Shown: piece by piece, positions 1-14,044 of the stretch
Layout of the letters: the number at the start of each line of letters is the position of its first letter
How positions within the stretch are numbered: the stretch's first letter is position 1
DNA from: Octopus vulgaris
Lineage: Eukaryota
Length of the DNA stretch: 64,000 nt
Assembly: GCA_951406725.2 (NCBI GenBank)
Contig: OX597820.1
Coordinates: 60,760,001 to 60,824,000, forward strand
Reading direction: 5' to 3'
Made by a program: the position numbers and the translations under genes
The notes under the pieces: model-generated
The model's database searches: none
Told to the model about the DNA's origin: nothing
Seen by the model: only the letters and a program-made list of their open reading frames with translations

Positions 1-874
1 TTAAATTCAATGTACGCCCAGAAGAAGTATAAAAAACACAATCGAAACAATAGCGCCACGATGTTACAAAATATCTATGAGAATAGATTGTTTTATATGC
101 CGTAAAGAAGATAAGGTTTGAATGGAAAGGATATATATGATAAAAAGGTGAGGGGTTAAGAGAAAAATGATACTATCTCCATAAGAATGAGAAGGGTGTG
201 CTTGGAGAGAGCGTCATAGGACTGAAAATATTTCAAAGCTGAATAGACATTCAAGAAACCTGTGATTTTATTTCTAAATTTGATGCCCTTGGATAATTTT
301 ATAGCGGAACTGACCAGAACCCGCTCACACATTCATGCAAGTATCTATGTATGTTTGTATGAATGTATGGTAAGTGTATAAATGAAAATAATTCTGAAGA
401 CACGTGTGTGTGTGTGTGTGAGTGCGTGTGTGTATATGTTCGTGTGTGTATGTGTATGTGCACACATATGTATTAAATATATATACATTGATACATACAC
501 GCACACACACACATATGCAAAAGGGGCCTCTGTATGAAACTCAAATGCAACTATGTATTTATATGTGCACACAAACAGACATTAATACATGCATTCACAC
601 ACTAAAACAAACACATATATTTACACACACGCTCACAAACACACATATATGATCCGTAATGTTTACATAGTATCATATAGCAAATACATACATGCAAGTG
701 AATGTATTATATTTTATACTATGTACACTTAATATATCCTCTTTCCACTTAGTCAGAAGGATATACGTGCAAACACGTATGTATATACACTGTACATGTG
801 TGTTCGCGTTCAGAAAACCACGTAGTACTTTCTACTTGTTTATATGCAAATACGCACATGCACGCGCGCATGCA

Positions 875-878
<4 letters not shown>

Positions 879-952
<74 letters not shown>
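879..952. repeat. (CA)n microsatellite
   Basis: Direct reading of a perfect dinucleotide array. Confidence 0.95.
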
Positions 953-956
<4 letters not shown>

Positions 957-2995
957 TACACACATTCAGGATGATATAACTACGTGACTTGTACGTTACA
1001 CGTGTGTATGAAGGCTATATTTTATTGCAATCTTATTACGTGGTGATTTGTCAAGATAACCTCAGTGTGGTCATCTGAACAGCTAGAAATAGCAGTCTTT
1101 CATATCATATCATATTCTCGCATGTATATAAAAAAATTAAAATGATAAAAAAAAAAATTTGGAATGGTAATAGCTAGGATAGGGCTGTTCGATAAAAGGT
1201 GGACTAACACTAAAGAACAGCAACACCTACAACTACTACCAAGTTATACTAGTTAGTATCGTTACTGGTATATAGCCTCGGTCAGCTCTGATAGAATAGA
1301 TATACACAAAGTAGCTTTGTATAGAAATAAGATTTCAATGAGCACAGTTCAATACTTGATTCAATATTCGCTTCGTTCGATTTAACCTCATCCATGTCTT
1401 TGAGAAAAACATGAAAGCCATATAATCTCTATGTTTTACCTACTTCTATGAATTACATTTCAATATTATACTTCAACTTTAAAATATTGTTGTCAGTTTT
1501 CTCCTTATTTATTTATTTTTTTTTTTTCGTCAACACTGTTTGTATTCGTTGATAAAATTTTATAGCATTTTATTTGGCTTTTATTTTAAATAGTCAGATT
1601 TATAAAAATAATCTGTTCACTGTAGCGAAGAAATCTGAGTTATTAATAGCGTTCTTTAATCAGTTTACTTAATTCATTACTGGTTTTATGACAATCATGG
1701 TCTGAAAAAAGAGAGTCATAATGAAGCAGAATCTATTTTTAAATGACTTAAATTCACTTTATTACAGTAAAAGAAAAAAATAAACAAGCAAACATATGAT
1801 TCGTTCATTGTCTGTTAATTGAGTTTTTTTTATGTTTTTACAATGCCCTAACACCTGGTCGAAATCATAGTCTTCTTTCAGAAACAGCTGGAAAATATCA
1901 ATAAAGCATATAACCCTATACAAAGTAGTAATCTCTGAAGCACGCATTTATCTCAACTAAATTTATTATAAATCATTTGTATTTAAAGGGCCCCGACCAT
2001 TTTATAGTACCGTCTACTTTGATTATACTACGCGGAGAACACCAGACAATAATGTTCATTTATAAAATCATGCTTAGAGAGAATATATCTTTAAGAATAT
2101 TTCAACAACCACCAGTTCTGTAATTGTTATAACTGGAGCGACAAATTAAAACATATCCTTACTTTAATTTTGTATATATTCAAATGCTTGATTAGAGGAG
2201 GTATTTTAATCATTTTAATATATAAAGTGCGCTTTTACAAAAAGATAATCTTTTGTTTTAGATTTAAGAGCACGTTCATAGCACTAAATTCACTTACAGA
2301 CAGAAACAAAAATGAAAACCGTACTACAGATACAAACATTCATGTGTTTATCTTTACCCAATGTCATCAATATCATTTTACTTTTGAGCATTTTTATAAC
2401 TTTGAAATATTTTAGATATATAAAAAAAAAATCATGAATAAAATAATAGCTAACGAAGCAAGATGTTGCGTTGTATCAGAGTGCGAATTCTTCATATCTT
2501 TTGGGCGTGGAAGTAACACTGTTTAATTAAGTTTCTCATGTTATTCATTTAAAATATATACAAATGTTCTTTTAATATAAATGTTATAACTTTTACTAAA
2601 CTTAAGAAATACTTTTAGATTAATTACTCTTATTAATAAAATGTTGTAAAAGTTTCTTACACTTTAAAAAGTTTTGCGTCAATTTTGCGTCGGCTGCTAT
2701 AAAATCAGACTAAGTGTATAGTTTTCGCACCTGCTTTTTGTCTTAACTCCCCTGAATGGAACTCTCCTCTTCTTCAACGCTTTTAAGATCTAGAACAAGC
2801 GATACAGAGTTAAAAATTTAGTTGCGTATTAATTGCGAAATATAACAAAACAAATACCCAGTATATTTTGTATAATGAATATATCAATAATTTATTTTAA
2901 AAATCATTTGCTATTAAAGATATATACGCATCAAAGTATTTAAATCGTTCCTCAGCTAGTTAGAAGGGGGCTAGCTCTGCTGTACAATCTCTTGT

Positions 2996-3075
2996 GGCGT
3001 CAATTTTGAATGCGCAACTATTTCGCGCGGAAACTGCATCCGCTGAAAACCCACGCGAAAAACTCTCCCGCTCTC
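2996..3075 (+). promoter_or_regulatory. CDE/CHR-like element followed by clustered E2F-like sites
   Basis: GGCGT-CAATT-TTGAA (2996-3010) has CDE/CHR spacing. TTTCGCGCGGAAA (3021-3033), CACGCGAAAA (3052-3061) and CTCCCGC follow, in a locally CpG-rich, repeat-free island. Confidence 0.45.
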
Positions 3076-3208
3076 CGCAATTAAGAAAGATATAAACTTT
3101 TTTTTTCTCTCTGGATTTTAGGAGCTTTTTAACGAAGGACTAGGCTTTCTTTACTGTCGTCAGTGCCTGACAATAGAACATTGAGCCTACCCTTCAACAC
3201 AAGTACGC

Positions 3209-3222
3209 CTCATGCAAATGAG
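3209..3222 (+). promoter_or_regulatory. Octamer (POU) motif ATGCAAAT within CTCAT..ATGAG inverted repeat
   Basis: ctcATGCAAATgag; exact octamer at 3212-3219. Confidence 0.3.
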
Positions 3223-3600
3223 AAAATGCTGGCTTGAAAACTACTTTTGGCCTGAAAAGCTTCATTGTACACGGTGTAAAGAAAACCAACAATCGAAAAT
3301 AACAAAGAACAATTAATAAGTTGTTTTTCTACCAAACGGCAGATGGCTGGGTCTGCGGCTTCTAGACTGAAAGTTCACGCGATGGGAAGGAAAACTTTTT
3401 ACAACGCCATTTCTTTTTCTTCTCCCCCCCAACCTAAAAAAAAAGCAAGTTGCATCGTTTCTAGAGGTGTAGCTTAAAGAGTTGTCTTTATTGCAACTTG
3501 GCCTGGAGAGAGGGAGAGAAAAAAATGCAGCAGTTTATCGGAAGAATGAATATATTTTATTGTTTCGGTGTCTTGTATACACTTTTTTTCTTTTTATCAG

Positions 3601-3992
3601 GATATGAATAGCTTCCGAGACCCCAACAGGACTAATGTAAGCCACGTGGGCAAGATCTAGCTTGGTTTAATAGCGCGTGTGTACCAGACGATGGAGCGGG
3701 CCGCGTGTGTCGTCTAACTGTACAGAAAGATGCGGTCTTTGTGATAGGATCCAATTGCACACTAAGGCCAATAATTTGTACGTAATGGTAATTTGGCGTC
3801 AGCAAAGGAACAGGAGGGGTTTCGTCTCAAATGAACAGACGCTTCGAGCAGGCGTGGGGCCTGTCGACAGCATGTTTTGTAAAGTATTCAAATGGTCCCA
3901 ACTTCCAGTGGCGATCACCTGCCTTTAGGAGGCGAGCACCCACAACCAGATGCAAAAATTATTTAATGATCAAATCAGTATTGGGGGTGCAA
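3601..3992 (+). other. Candidate exon (5' UTR or first coding exon) of an unidentified gene
   Basis: Polypyrimidine acceptor ttttttctttttatcag ends at 3600 and consensus donor CAA|GTGAGT lies at 3992/3993. The interval contains an 18-aa uORF (3604-3660) and an ORF from ATG 3831 open to the donor (54 codons, phase 0). No recognisable homology. Confidence 0.3.
3640..3802. promoter_or_regulatory. E-box, two CCAAT boxes and a CRE-like site; TATA-like TATTAAA on minus strand
   Basis: CACGTG 3643-3648, CCAAT at 3751 and 3768, TGGCGTCA 3794-3801, TTTAATA 3666-3672. Confidence 0.25.
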
Positions 3993-6194
3993 GTGAGTAA
4001 GAAGAGAGTGTAAGACCCGAAACAAGGCGTCAGGAAGTAAAAGTGAGACGGTGGTAGTGTGTGAGGAAGAACAGATCTTTGATATGAAAAATACTTAGTC
4101 CAAAAGAAAGAATAAATAGAAAATGAAAAATGGGTGAAGGGTGGGGGAGATAAAAGGGAAAGAAAGAAGTTATAATGAAGAGGGGAAAAGAAAACAAGAG
4201 AATGATTTCAACTTCTGTCCTCTTTGTCTATATCTTTTTTCTCTTTCTGGTTAGAGATTTTTCTTTCGTATTTTCTTCTTTCTCTATTCTCTAGTTTGTT
4301 TGTGTTTTTTTTTAGTTTTGTTTTTGTTTTTATTTTCTCCCCCATCTTCGTAACCTTTTCCTCGTCTTTATTTTTTTATATATATAATGTAATGTGATTG
4401 TGTTGATAGTACACAGACGAAGGAAAGAAGCGAACACACCAATTGTCTGTGATTATGATGAGACAGCACTGAAGACGTGATCTTACTGGAGGGGTCGACA
4501 GACACTGAATATATTGAAAAGAAAAGTCCATAATAATATCAAATGAAGTAAAAACAAAAAGTTTCTGATATGATTTTATTTTATTTTTATTTTTTCGAAG
4601 AAAATATCAATATTACAGTTTTACAGTTCAAATTGTAGTTGTGAAGAAATGAGTCAATAGAAAAATGGTAGGTTGTTGCTTAAGGTGGGTGGGAGAAATA
4701 TGAAGACGGTAGGGAAGAAAGGGGAAGCACAGAGCAGGGAAATTAGATGGAATAAGAGTGTTTGGTTTGTACAAGTTAGAGTAGGTGCGAATGTATAGCA
4801 GCGAACATTGGGGTGTGATATTTTCAATAGAAATTTAGATAGACTAAGAAAGAAGGATTTACTTAATATTTGTTTTTGTGTGTAAATATATCAACGTGTA
4901 CGTGTGTATGTATATGTGAGAGAACTTATGTGTATTTTTGTGCTTGCTTTTTCCTGTGTATGTGTGTGTGTGTGTGTATGTATGTGTGATGAAAGAAAGG
5001 GAGGAAAATTCTGTGTATGTATCTGTAGTGTTCGTGTATTCAATGAGTGTATACGTGTGTCTGAGTGAGAAAGTGAGAAAGTCTATGCATCTGTAGGATT
5101 GTGTGTGTGCGCGCGTGTACGTGCGTGTGCGTGTGTGCGTGCATGTGTTAATGAATTTCAATATGTGCTTTGTCCAAGAGAGAGAACTCTCCACTCATAA
5201 AATCTGCTTGCTAAAACTACATGTGTATTGAGAAAGAAATTATAAAGATTGAAAGAACTTCTTTAAGGATTTCTCTTCACAAAAGAAAAATGAAGTAGAT
5301 CTGATTAGACAAACAAGAAAGAAGAATAATTATAAAAAATGAACAATAAATGAAATTTAAAAAAAAAAAAAGCAAGGATAAAAATAGGTAAATGAAATAG
5401 TCTCTTTAAATACTTAATCTCCGCCCCAACACTTTTTCTGTTCTGCTTTTTCTTCTTTACTTTTTGTATTTTTATACTTTTTACTTCAAGTTTCTTGTGA
5501 GAAGAAAACCTGAAGGTAATATAAAGCATAATGAATAATTCATTCATTCAATAATTCTATCACCTTTATTTTAGAGAAATAAGCCAAGAAAGCTAAGTAT
5601 ATACTATGCAATGAGAAGTGGTCACTTTCCATTTATGTGTGCCTCGTTTTGTTTCTCTTCTTAGATGGCACCCTGCGAGTGAACAAGTAAAAAGTCTTGA
5701 TAGCTTTTGTCCGTATATAGAAAGAAATTAATTGGAGTAAAGTTGTACGCCTTTCTGGTGCTTATTTTTTTTTTTTAAAAAAGAAGTCTTAATATGGGAA
5801 AAGTCCTTTGTAAGTGGAAAAGGGTGGGAGTCAGAAATAAGTTATTTTCGTCGGAATAAAATTGGTCATATGAAGACTATCCACATATGTCGCGTTCAAG
5901 TGAGCTTTCCAACTGACACATATGTTGATGAGATCGCAATATTTTTCTTGATGGGCTCTAAACCGACAGATTCACATAGAAAAGAAAACAAAGCGCTACA
6001 TGTAAAAAAAACAAACACTCGTACATTTATACATACTTAATAACGCATGCATAGGTACACACAACGATAGGCTGATAAATGTATTCAAACATATTAAGAG
6101 CTATAAAGACGCGAAGCGACATGCGTGTGTCGACGTATAAAGCCCTAAATAATGCCCTCACTCACATGCATATGCCCACACACACACAAACACA

Positions 6195-6237
<43 letters not shown>

Positions 6238-7678
6238 CACACACACAACACACAGGTATATAAATACATGCGCACTCAATCAGACGTATGCATCCACAAA
6301 AGTATATACACATAGGCACACTCAAAGTTCGTCATTATTTTTCTCTTCCCCGAATCTTGCCCGATAGTTTCTTCAATTAACCTTTGTTATTACTAATCTC
6401 TGATCTTTCTTTCTATCGCTCTTCCTTCTTTTCTTCCTTCCTTTCGTCTTTATCCTTTTCTTTCTTTCTTTTCGTTATTATATCTGTTCCCCCTTCTTGT
6501 CATCACTCCTTTTCGTTATATATTCTTTTTATTCATTAAATTTCTTTTTAAAATCTACCTGTTATTCTTTTCTGTTTCTTTAATCATTGTTTCTCAATTA
6601 CTTCACTTCGGATAATTACATTTTACATTGAATAGATAGAAATTTAAGAGTTTTTGCAACTTTTACTGTATCAATCAGTCCTTTATGTATTCTAAAATAT
6701 TGTTTGTATCAAACAAGGCTAGATTCATGTTCGGTCCAGACTACTAGTAGAGGAAACACGGAACATTATCTCTTCTCATTATGAGCATATTCTTTCTTAA
6801 TATATATTATCTGATTCATAGAATTAGTTCAGAATTTGAAACTATCAAAGTTTACGAGAATTTGTAAAATATTCCCCGGACACTTTTTCCTACATTTTAT
6901 AATATGCATACATTGCAGTTTAGCAATATTCGAAATATTGGACTAATCACTCCCAATTCTAGGAACTCACACACACCACCACCACTCATACCAATTTAAT
7001 CTCAGTTTGTTCAACTTATAAGCATGCCAAAGTTTTTCTTCTCATCATGAAACGCAACCAAACTTATGAGAATATCAAAAACATTTACAGCGTCAGCAAA
7101 AGTCCCATTAGCATTATGCTTTATTGTTCCACATACGTCCGGTAGAAGTCCCTGTTTTTACATACCTTATAATGCATGTTTGATTCATACTGCACTTTCC
7201 ACAATATTTTGCTTATATTCTGTTTCTCAGAATCCTTTACTTACCAGTTTCTTATTTGTTGTTGAGGGCTGGTAAATGAACTTCCATTACAAATTTCTGA
7301 AAAGTACATTGGATGCATATGTACGAATATTTAATATCCCTTTTTCTTTCTTTCAGACATAAATACCTCACACTGTTTTATGTATTCCTATTAACAGCCA
7401 GCATGGGATACTTAAACTGAATATTAACCTTAATAATCGCGCTAAATTATCCTACATAACGTAACACCGTTTTCTTCCAATTCAATAGTACAGAAACAAT
7501 AGCATTGTTAATTATGCCTGCGTGTGTGTATATGCATACCTCAGTATGTATATGCATATATATAAATTAATATACGTAGATATACATACATAAAAGTACA
7601 CATAGGCAGATATTATATATTCGCGTATCTATATCTGTATCTATATCTCACTCTCTTTCTCTCTTTCCATATGGTTAC

Positions 7679-7733
<55 letters not shown>

Positions 7734-9069
7734 ATTGCTATGATTAGCATGAAACTAGCAACAATGAAGCTGTGAAATTTTTAATTCTGACATAATTCTG
7801 TTTATACATAAGTGTGGGAACCGGTTTGTATGTGAGTGTGCGTGCGACGGGTGCGTGTGTACGCTCTGGCAAATGAAACAACATATTTAATATAGAATTA
7901 TGAATATATTATCATAATTACAAAATATTCTCCGTAGCCATACCCGTGCTTAGTGCATGCAATCACAAGTGTGAAACACAACAAAATACGCGAAATAAGG
8001 AGTGGAAAGTCCTGGTATTCTTTTCTAATACATTAGTGAAAACAGTGATGAAATTGTAGATGGGAATGAAAACCAGATTGAAATTATGGTCAGTGAAAAG
8101 TTAGAGCTGTCACACGTGTCATACAGGGCCCTGGGATATATTCTTTTAAGATAAACTTTGTCTTTAGCTTATATGTTTCTACTTGAATTTCTGGTATATT
8201 TTCAGCACACTTACAAACATGCATAAAACTCAATCTGATGGGAAAGAAAAAATTCTAACTATATTATATCATCGTAATTTTCGTAGAGCCATCGTTAGTT
8301 CTGCATATATTTTCTTCCCCTCTTGTGTTGCACAGAATGTTGTTAATATTGTTATTAGTATCATTGCTCTCATTGCAGCTGTTGCTTTCTGGTTTATTCG
8401 TTGTTGTAGTTGTTGTAATGATTAATTTTTTGCTTCTCGTTGATGGTAATTACTTCAGCGACGGTGGTAAAAACAATGATGATAACGATGATGATGATGA
8501 TGATGATGAAGGAAATCCTATAACGAGAACGACAAGGGTGACAACAGTAGTAACTTTAAAAGAAAAAAAATGAGTGGTGGTGACAGTGATAGAGGTATTG
8601 ATGACTATTGTGATACCTTTTACTACCAATGTAACAATTAGCTTTTATTTGAAAGAGATCATAATTAATATTAGCTTATTGTTTCATTGCTTTATTTTCT
8701 TTCCTTCCGAACACCGAGACACACTTTCTACACGTAGCTGTATTATACTAATGTGGAAGTTTTCTCCAACAGCCAGTCAGCTAATCATTTCATCTCAGCC
8801 ACTACTACGTTAGCGTCCAGCTGTCTGCTACTGTTTCGCTACTAGCCTCATTCCCGCATTTCACGATTAGTACATGGGATTTATCTGCCCTTGTACTAAT
8901 CTGCCATAGACAGCCAGCGCTTTTATCCCATTTCTCCCTGTCTTTTCTGTTCATTTTCTCCTGTGATATGTCCTAAATATAATATTGGTTTGTTTAAACA
9001 CTTCTCTAGCATCTAAATTTACATAACTCAAACATATATATTTAAGAATATTTCAAGACCCGATTTTAA

Positions 9070-9118
<49 letters not shown>

Positions 9119-9190
9119 GTTTTCTATCCATTCACCTAATTCATTATAATATATTTATTTAATTAAATTTACAATTGTATTTAGAATATA

Positions 9191-9388
9191 CTTTTTTTTT
9201 TCTACTCTAGGCACAAGGCCCGAAATTTTGTGGGAGGGGACCAGTCGATTAGATCGACTCAGTCCGCAACTGGTACTTAATTTATCGACCCCCGAAAGGA
9301 TGAAAGGCAAAGTCGACCTCGGCGGAATTTGAACTCAGAGCATAAAGACAGAGAAATAGCGCTAACGTTTCTGCCAGCTCGCCGCCTT
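9191..9388 (-). mobile_element. tRNA-derived SINE family A, internally deleted
   Basis: Reverse complement of the family A sequence at 24985-25200; 16-bp TSD ttgtatttagaatata at 9175 and 9387. Confidence 0.9.
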
Positions 9389-11091
9389 GTATTTAGAATA
9401 TATTAAAACACTTACAATATATGAAACTTCTCTGATTTTTTCCTCGGTAAAAATTATTGGAAATAATCCACACTTTATTTCACTATGGTTTCATTATGCT
9501 TAACTTTCCTATGACTCTCCTTGAATATATGTTGCAGACGAGGTAATTTTAGTATATTCTTATTCAAATGCGAATATCATACAAAGAGAGAAGTTCCTGA
9601 CAAGACGATTTTGACTCCAGGTTGTAGCTCATTCGCTTCATATATAACAACAAAATTCTTAAGAAATGTGTTTATAGAAATGATCATTTTCATATTCCAC
9701 CCACTTAAAACCAATAGATTATTTCTTCGTTTAGTATGCCTTCTGAAAGATTAGTTAATTTGAATATTGCACTTTTGGTGAGAACATTTCTAATGGCTTA
9801 GTCAGGAAAGAAAGGTAGAGCTCATGACCCCTTTACAGAGCCTCTGATACTCATGAAGAGAAGGAGGATGGTATCCTGAAAACGGATAGGAGTTTGCAAC
9901 AGAATAAGCTCTGGTTAAGACACACAAGAAGCAGGTGACGTTAAACTGGGCGGCAAATTAAATTTACCACCCAAGTAGGCTAAGGCGGGATTTGAACTCA
10001 TAACGCAGAAAGCTGAAATAAACACTGCCAGGCATCCGGTCCGACGTTCAAACGATTCTCTAAACCCACTTTTCTAGATTGATACTTTATTTATCGGTAT
10101 TACTGTACACAGTAAGAATCTTTTGATTTCGATCCTTGATTGTAGTTCGCTCAATCTATTATTTCCCTAGTACCAAAAGAAGGCGCACGGTTTCCTCAAA
10201 AGTTTTCCTGTTTCCGTGATGTCAAATAAATAATTACATATTCATAAAAACTACGAACTGTTATACAATTTGCTCCAATCATTACACAAATGCATGGAAA
10301 TATATAAATATTTATCCTTACATTTGTAGTGTTTCAAATAATGGATATTAACCAATTTTAATGTTATCCTTATCTATGCTATATACCTGTAGAGTTATGT
10401 AATTTAACATTTAAAATTAATTTTACCTTCTTAATTGAAAAAAGAAAATGTATTTCGAGCAATTTTTTTTTCCTATGAAAGAAAAAAATACCGATTCAAT
10501 TGAAATGAAGGATTTGAATAATTCTGTGCTGTCACAGCAAGCATTAGTAAAACAGGAACTATTCAGCGTTTGTAAATCTAAGAACTTATAAAGTTAAATA
10601 TTAGTGTGTTATATAAAATAATAGAATCATATTGAAGATAAACAAAGCGTTCTTGAGCAAGTTTATTTCAATAATCTCATAACTGAATATCGTTTGAATA
10701 ATTTTAACGGGTATGTACCACAAGTAAGGTTCAATTTATCTCCATAAGGTTCAATTTATCTCCATTAGTCCCAAGCCTTGTACTAGGTTGAACATTGTCA
10801 GTGAGTGAAGAGAAATACCAGCTGTCACGCCCTGACCGTCCTCTTTGTTTATCTCTTCAATAGCTACCATCAGAATCTAACACTGGATAATGTAGTCCTA
10901 TATGGTCACAGCTGGAATGTATTTGATTATATGCCTGCTTAAAGAGAGGTGACCCGGGGATAAACAGCAAAAACAGACGCACAAAAATTGACTAGGCAGC
11001 GGTGAGAGCGCATGTCCAGACTCAAACTGCCTCCTAAAATATTAACCACTATAGGTCAGAGTGTGTTGGCAAGGTTTTCATCTAGACGGAT

Positions 11092-11432
<341 letters not shown>

Positions 11433-11610
11433 TTCAAAATTAGGAATATTCAGAGGAAGAGGGATATTCGTGCCTTGGGCGAGAGTATTATTGGTGGGAG
11501 TAAAGCGAATTAATTTCACCCGAGTGAGTGTTAGATGCAAACATGAAAAGTATGGAAGATTACTTTTTGCTTTACGACGCTCGCGACGGAACGTAAAATA
11601 TTGTAATAGA

Positions 11611-11828
11611 AAGTAGCCAGCTGGCAGAATTGTTAGCACGCCGGGCAAGATGCGTAGAGGCATTTCAACCGTTTTCACGTTCTGAGTTCAAATTTTACCG
11701 AGGCCGACTTTGCCTTTTATCCTTTCGGGTTCGATGAAAAATAAGTACCAGTTAATCACTAGGGTCAATGTGATCGACTTATCCGCTCCCCTGAAACTGC
11801 TGGCTTTGTGCCGAAATTTGAAACCAAT
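11611..11828 (+). mobile_element. SINE family A (diverged)
   Basis: gctggcagaattgttagcacgccgggc...gttctgagttcaaat...gactttgccttttatcctttcggg matches other copies in the window. Confidence 0.85.
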
Positions 11829-12793
11829 ATATTGCAGTAGAGTCACTAATATAACAGTGATTATGATGAACTGACTCCAATCTTAGCTTGTAGAATGCCA
11901 CACAAAAGGACTCACGCTATTTAATTACGTCTCTTTAAGATCCAAATTCAAATCCAGCCATTGTAATTTTTTCCGTCCATGCTACCAGTATTGAGTGTTA
12001 ATTTTATTAACCCACGGAAAAACAAAATGTGAGATCTTGGACCTTGTCTGAGTTAACACATATATTTCAAGGTTCAACACAAATTCCGAGAAAGATGGTT
12101 CTTCCATTTCTTGCTAAACAATCTCCACAAGCGATTTGTTTATAGTGGTCAGATGTATGTGCTGTACATTAGCTCATTCCGTCAATCAAATTGATATTCC
12201 CTGAACAGGTGCATAGCGTGCCACACATCATGTGACAAAGTGATCGCTGAGCAGCTTGGGATAAAGCTTTTTGCTAAAGAACATAACGGACTACCCAGCT
12301 CATGATCTGAAACGACAATCTGAATACAACACCCTAACCAGTGGGTTGTGCATCCTCTCAACACAAATATTCAATATTAAGAAAGCTGTCCACTAGAAAA
12401 CATACACGAGTCATTCAGACTTAACAAAAGGTGTTAAAACTTAACATGAATGTTCAAATAATTTTACGATTAGCAAAACCTGGTATTAATTGAAAAAGAG
12501 GACCCTGCATGATCTAATTATCTTTATTCCTCGATGTCACATTTTCATACAGTAAACTAGTTACCATAGGGTCACTTAGTATTCGTGAAAACTATACTTC
12601 CGCTAATGAGAGTCAAGAATACAGAAACGTTCGGAGTTGTTTCCCTTGCTACCGCGGTCACAGAATCAAGTTGACTAACCCTAATTTGGTTTCTTAATCA
12701 TGGTATTTAAACATACTATAGTTATTCCGGACGTCAAAATCATGAGGAATCATAAAACCCCGTTTTTGTTTATTTCATAATTATAGTCATAAT

Positions 12794-13118
12794 GGAGCAT
12801 TCCGTCGGTTGCAACGACGAGGGTCCCAGCTTATACGATCAACGAAACAGCTTACTCGTGAAATTAACGTGTAAGTGGCTGAGCACTCCACAAACCCGTG
12901 TACTCATAACGTAGTTGTCGGGGAGATTCAGCGTGACACAGAGTGTGACAAGGCTGGCCCTTTGAAATAAAGGTACTACTCATTTTTGCTAGCTGAGTGG
13001 ACTGGAGCAACGTGAAATAAAGTGTCTTGCTCAAGGACACAACGCGACGCCGGGAATTGAACGCACGACTTTACGATCATGAGCCGAATGCCCCGAACCA
13101 CTAAGCCACGCGCCTTCA
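12794..13118 (-). mobile_element. tRNA-derived SINE family C
   Basis: Reverse complement of 40391-40683; tRNA-like head with A/B boxes; flanking direct repeat atagtcataat. Confidence 0.9.
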
Positions 13119-14044
13119 CATAATAGTCATAATATATTATAATTAAATTACCAATTTATCTAATTTGTTAGTCTCGATTAATGCAGTTCATCAACTTTTC
13201 AATATAGTAAGTTAGTCCGAAGACATTTTCATTCCCCCATCCCCAACGAAAAAGTTACAGAATCGGAAAACTTGCCACTAACGACAATTAAGAAGGGAGA
13301 AACTTTGTGAGTTGTTTGCCTTGCTAAGTTGGACAGAGGATGCAGCTAACAATCCCATAATAATTTTTCACACCCATTGTATTTCAACAATACTTGGATC
13401 ACATCTGATGTAAATTTTGGGGGAAATAATCAAGTTCACATTCATATTTATCTGCGTGCGCGTGTCTATATATGGACTTATGGTGTATATACATGCACTG
13501 CTCATATATATGTATTATATGCAGTATATATATATATACTTGTATGTGTGTACTTACATGCATTTATATAAGTTTGTATGCGTGCATATATGTATGTACA
13601 CCACAGGCTTGTGCTGTATTTTCTCTAATGTTTGTGCATTTATGTTGCCCTTATGGAAAATAAAAGAATATTTTATTGTAGTAGTAGTAGGAACTGTTGT
13701 TTACGGTTGGTGTTATCATAAAAGAAAATTCTTGTTTTACTAAAGCTAGGATCAGGTTTCGATTTCCGACTGAAGCAATAGTATTTGATGCACGTTGCAA
13801 ATTTCCGTGGGAAAGTCATTCTTACGCAGCATCTTATTGTTTCCTTCATAAACGGTCGACTCCACGCTTGTTTTCCTGTTTCCGAGATATCAATTAAATA
13901 ACCACACGCCGATCTTTGTATTTTACAGGAAGATGTTACAATTTTTATAGCTAGTGAAGGTATTATATAAACAAAAATATTAAAACGTGTAATGCCTAAG
14001 TCAGTGGGTTAATAGAATCATTAAAAAGATGATTCATACATTTC

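Noticed and set aside
10725-10765. Short direct duplications (also 56539-56580, 60067-60102, 63404-63447)
   Set aside because: Two-copy slippage duplications; not a CRISPR array or a satellite.
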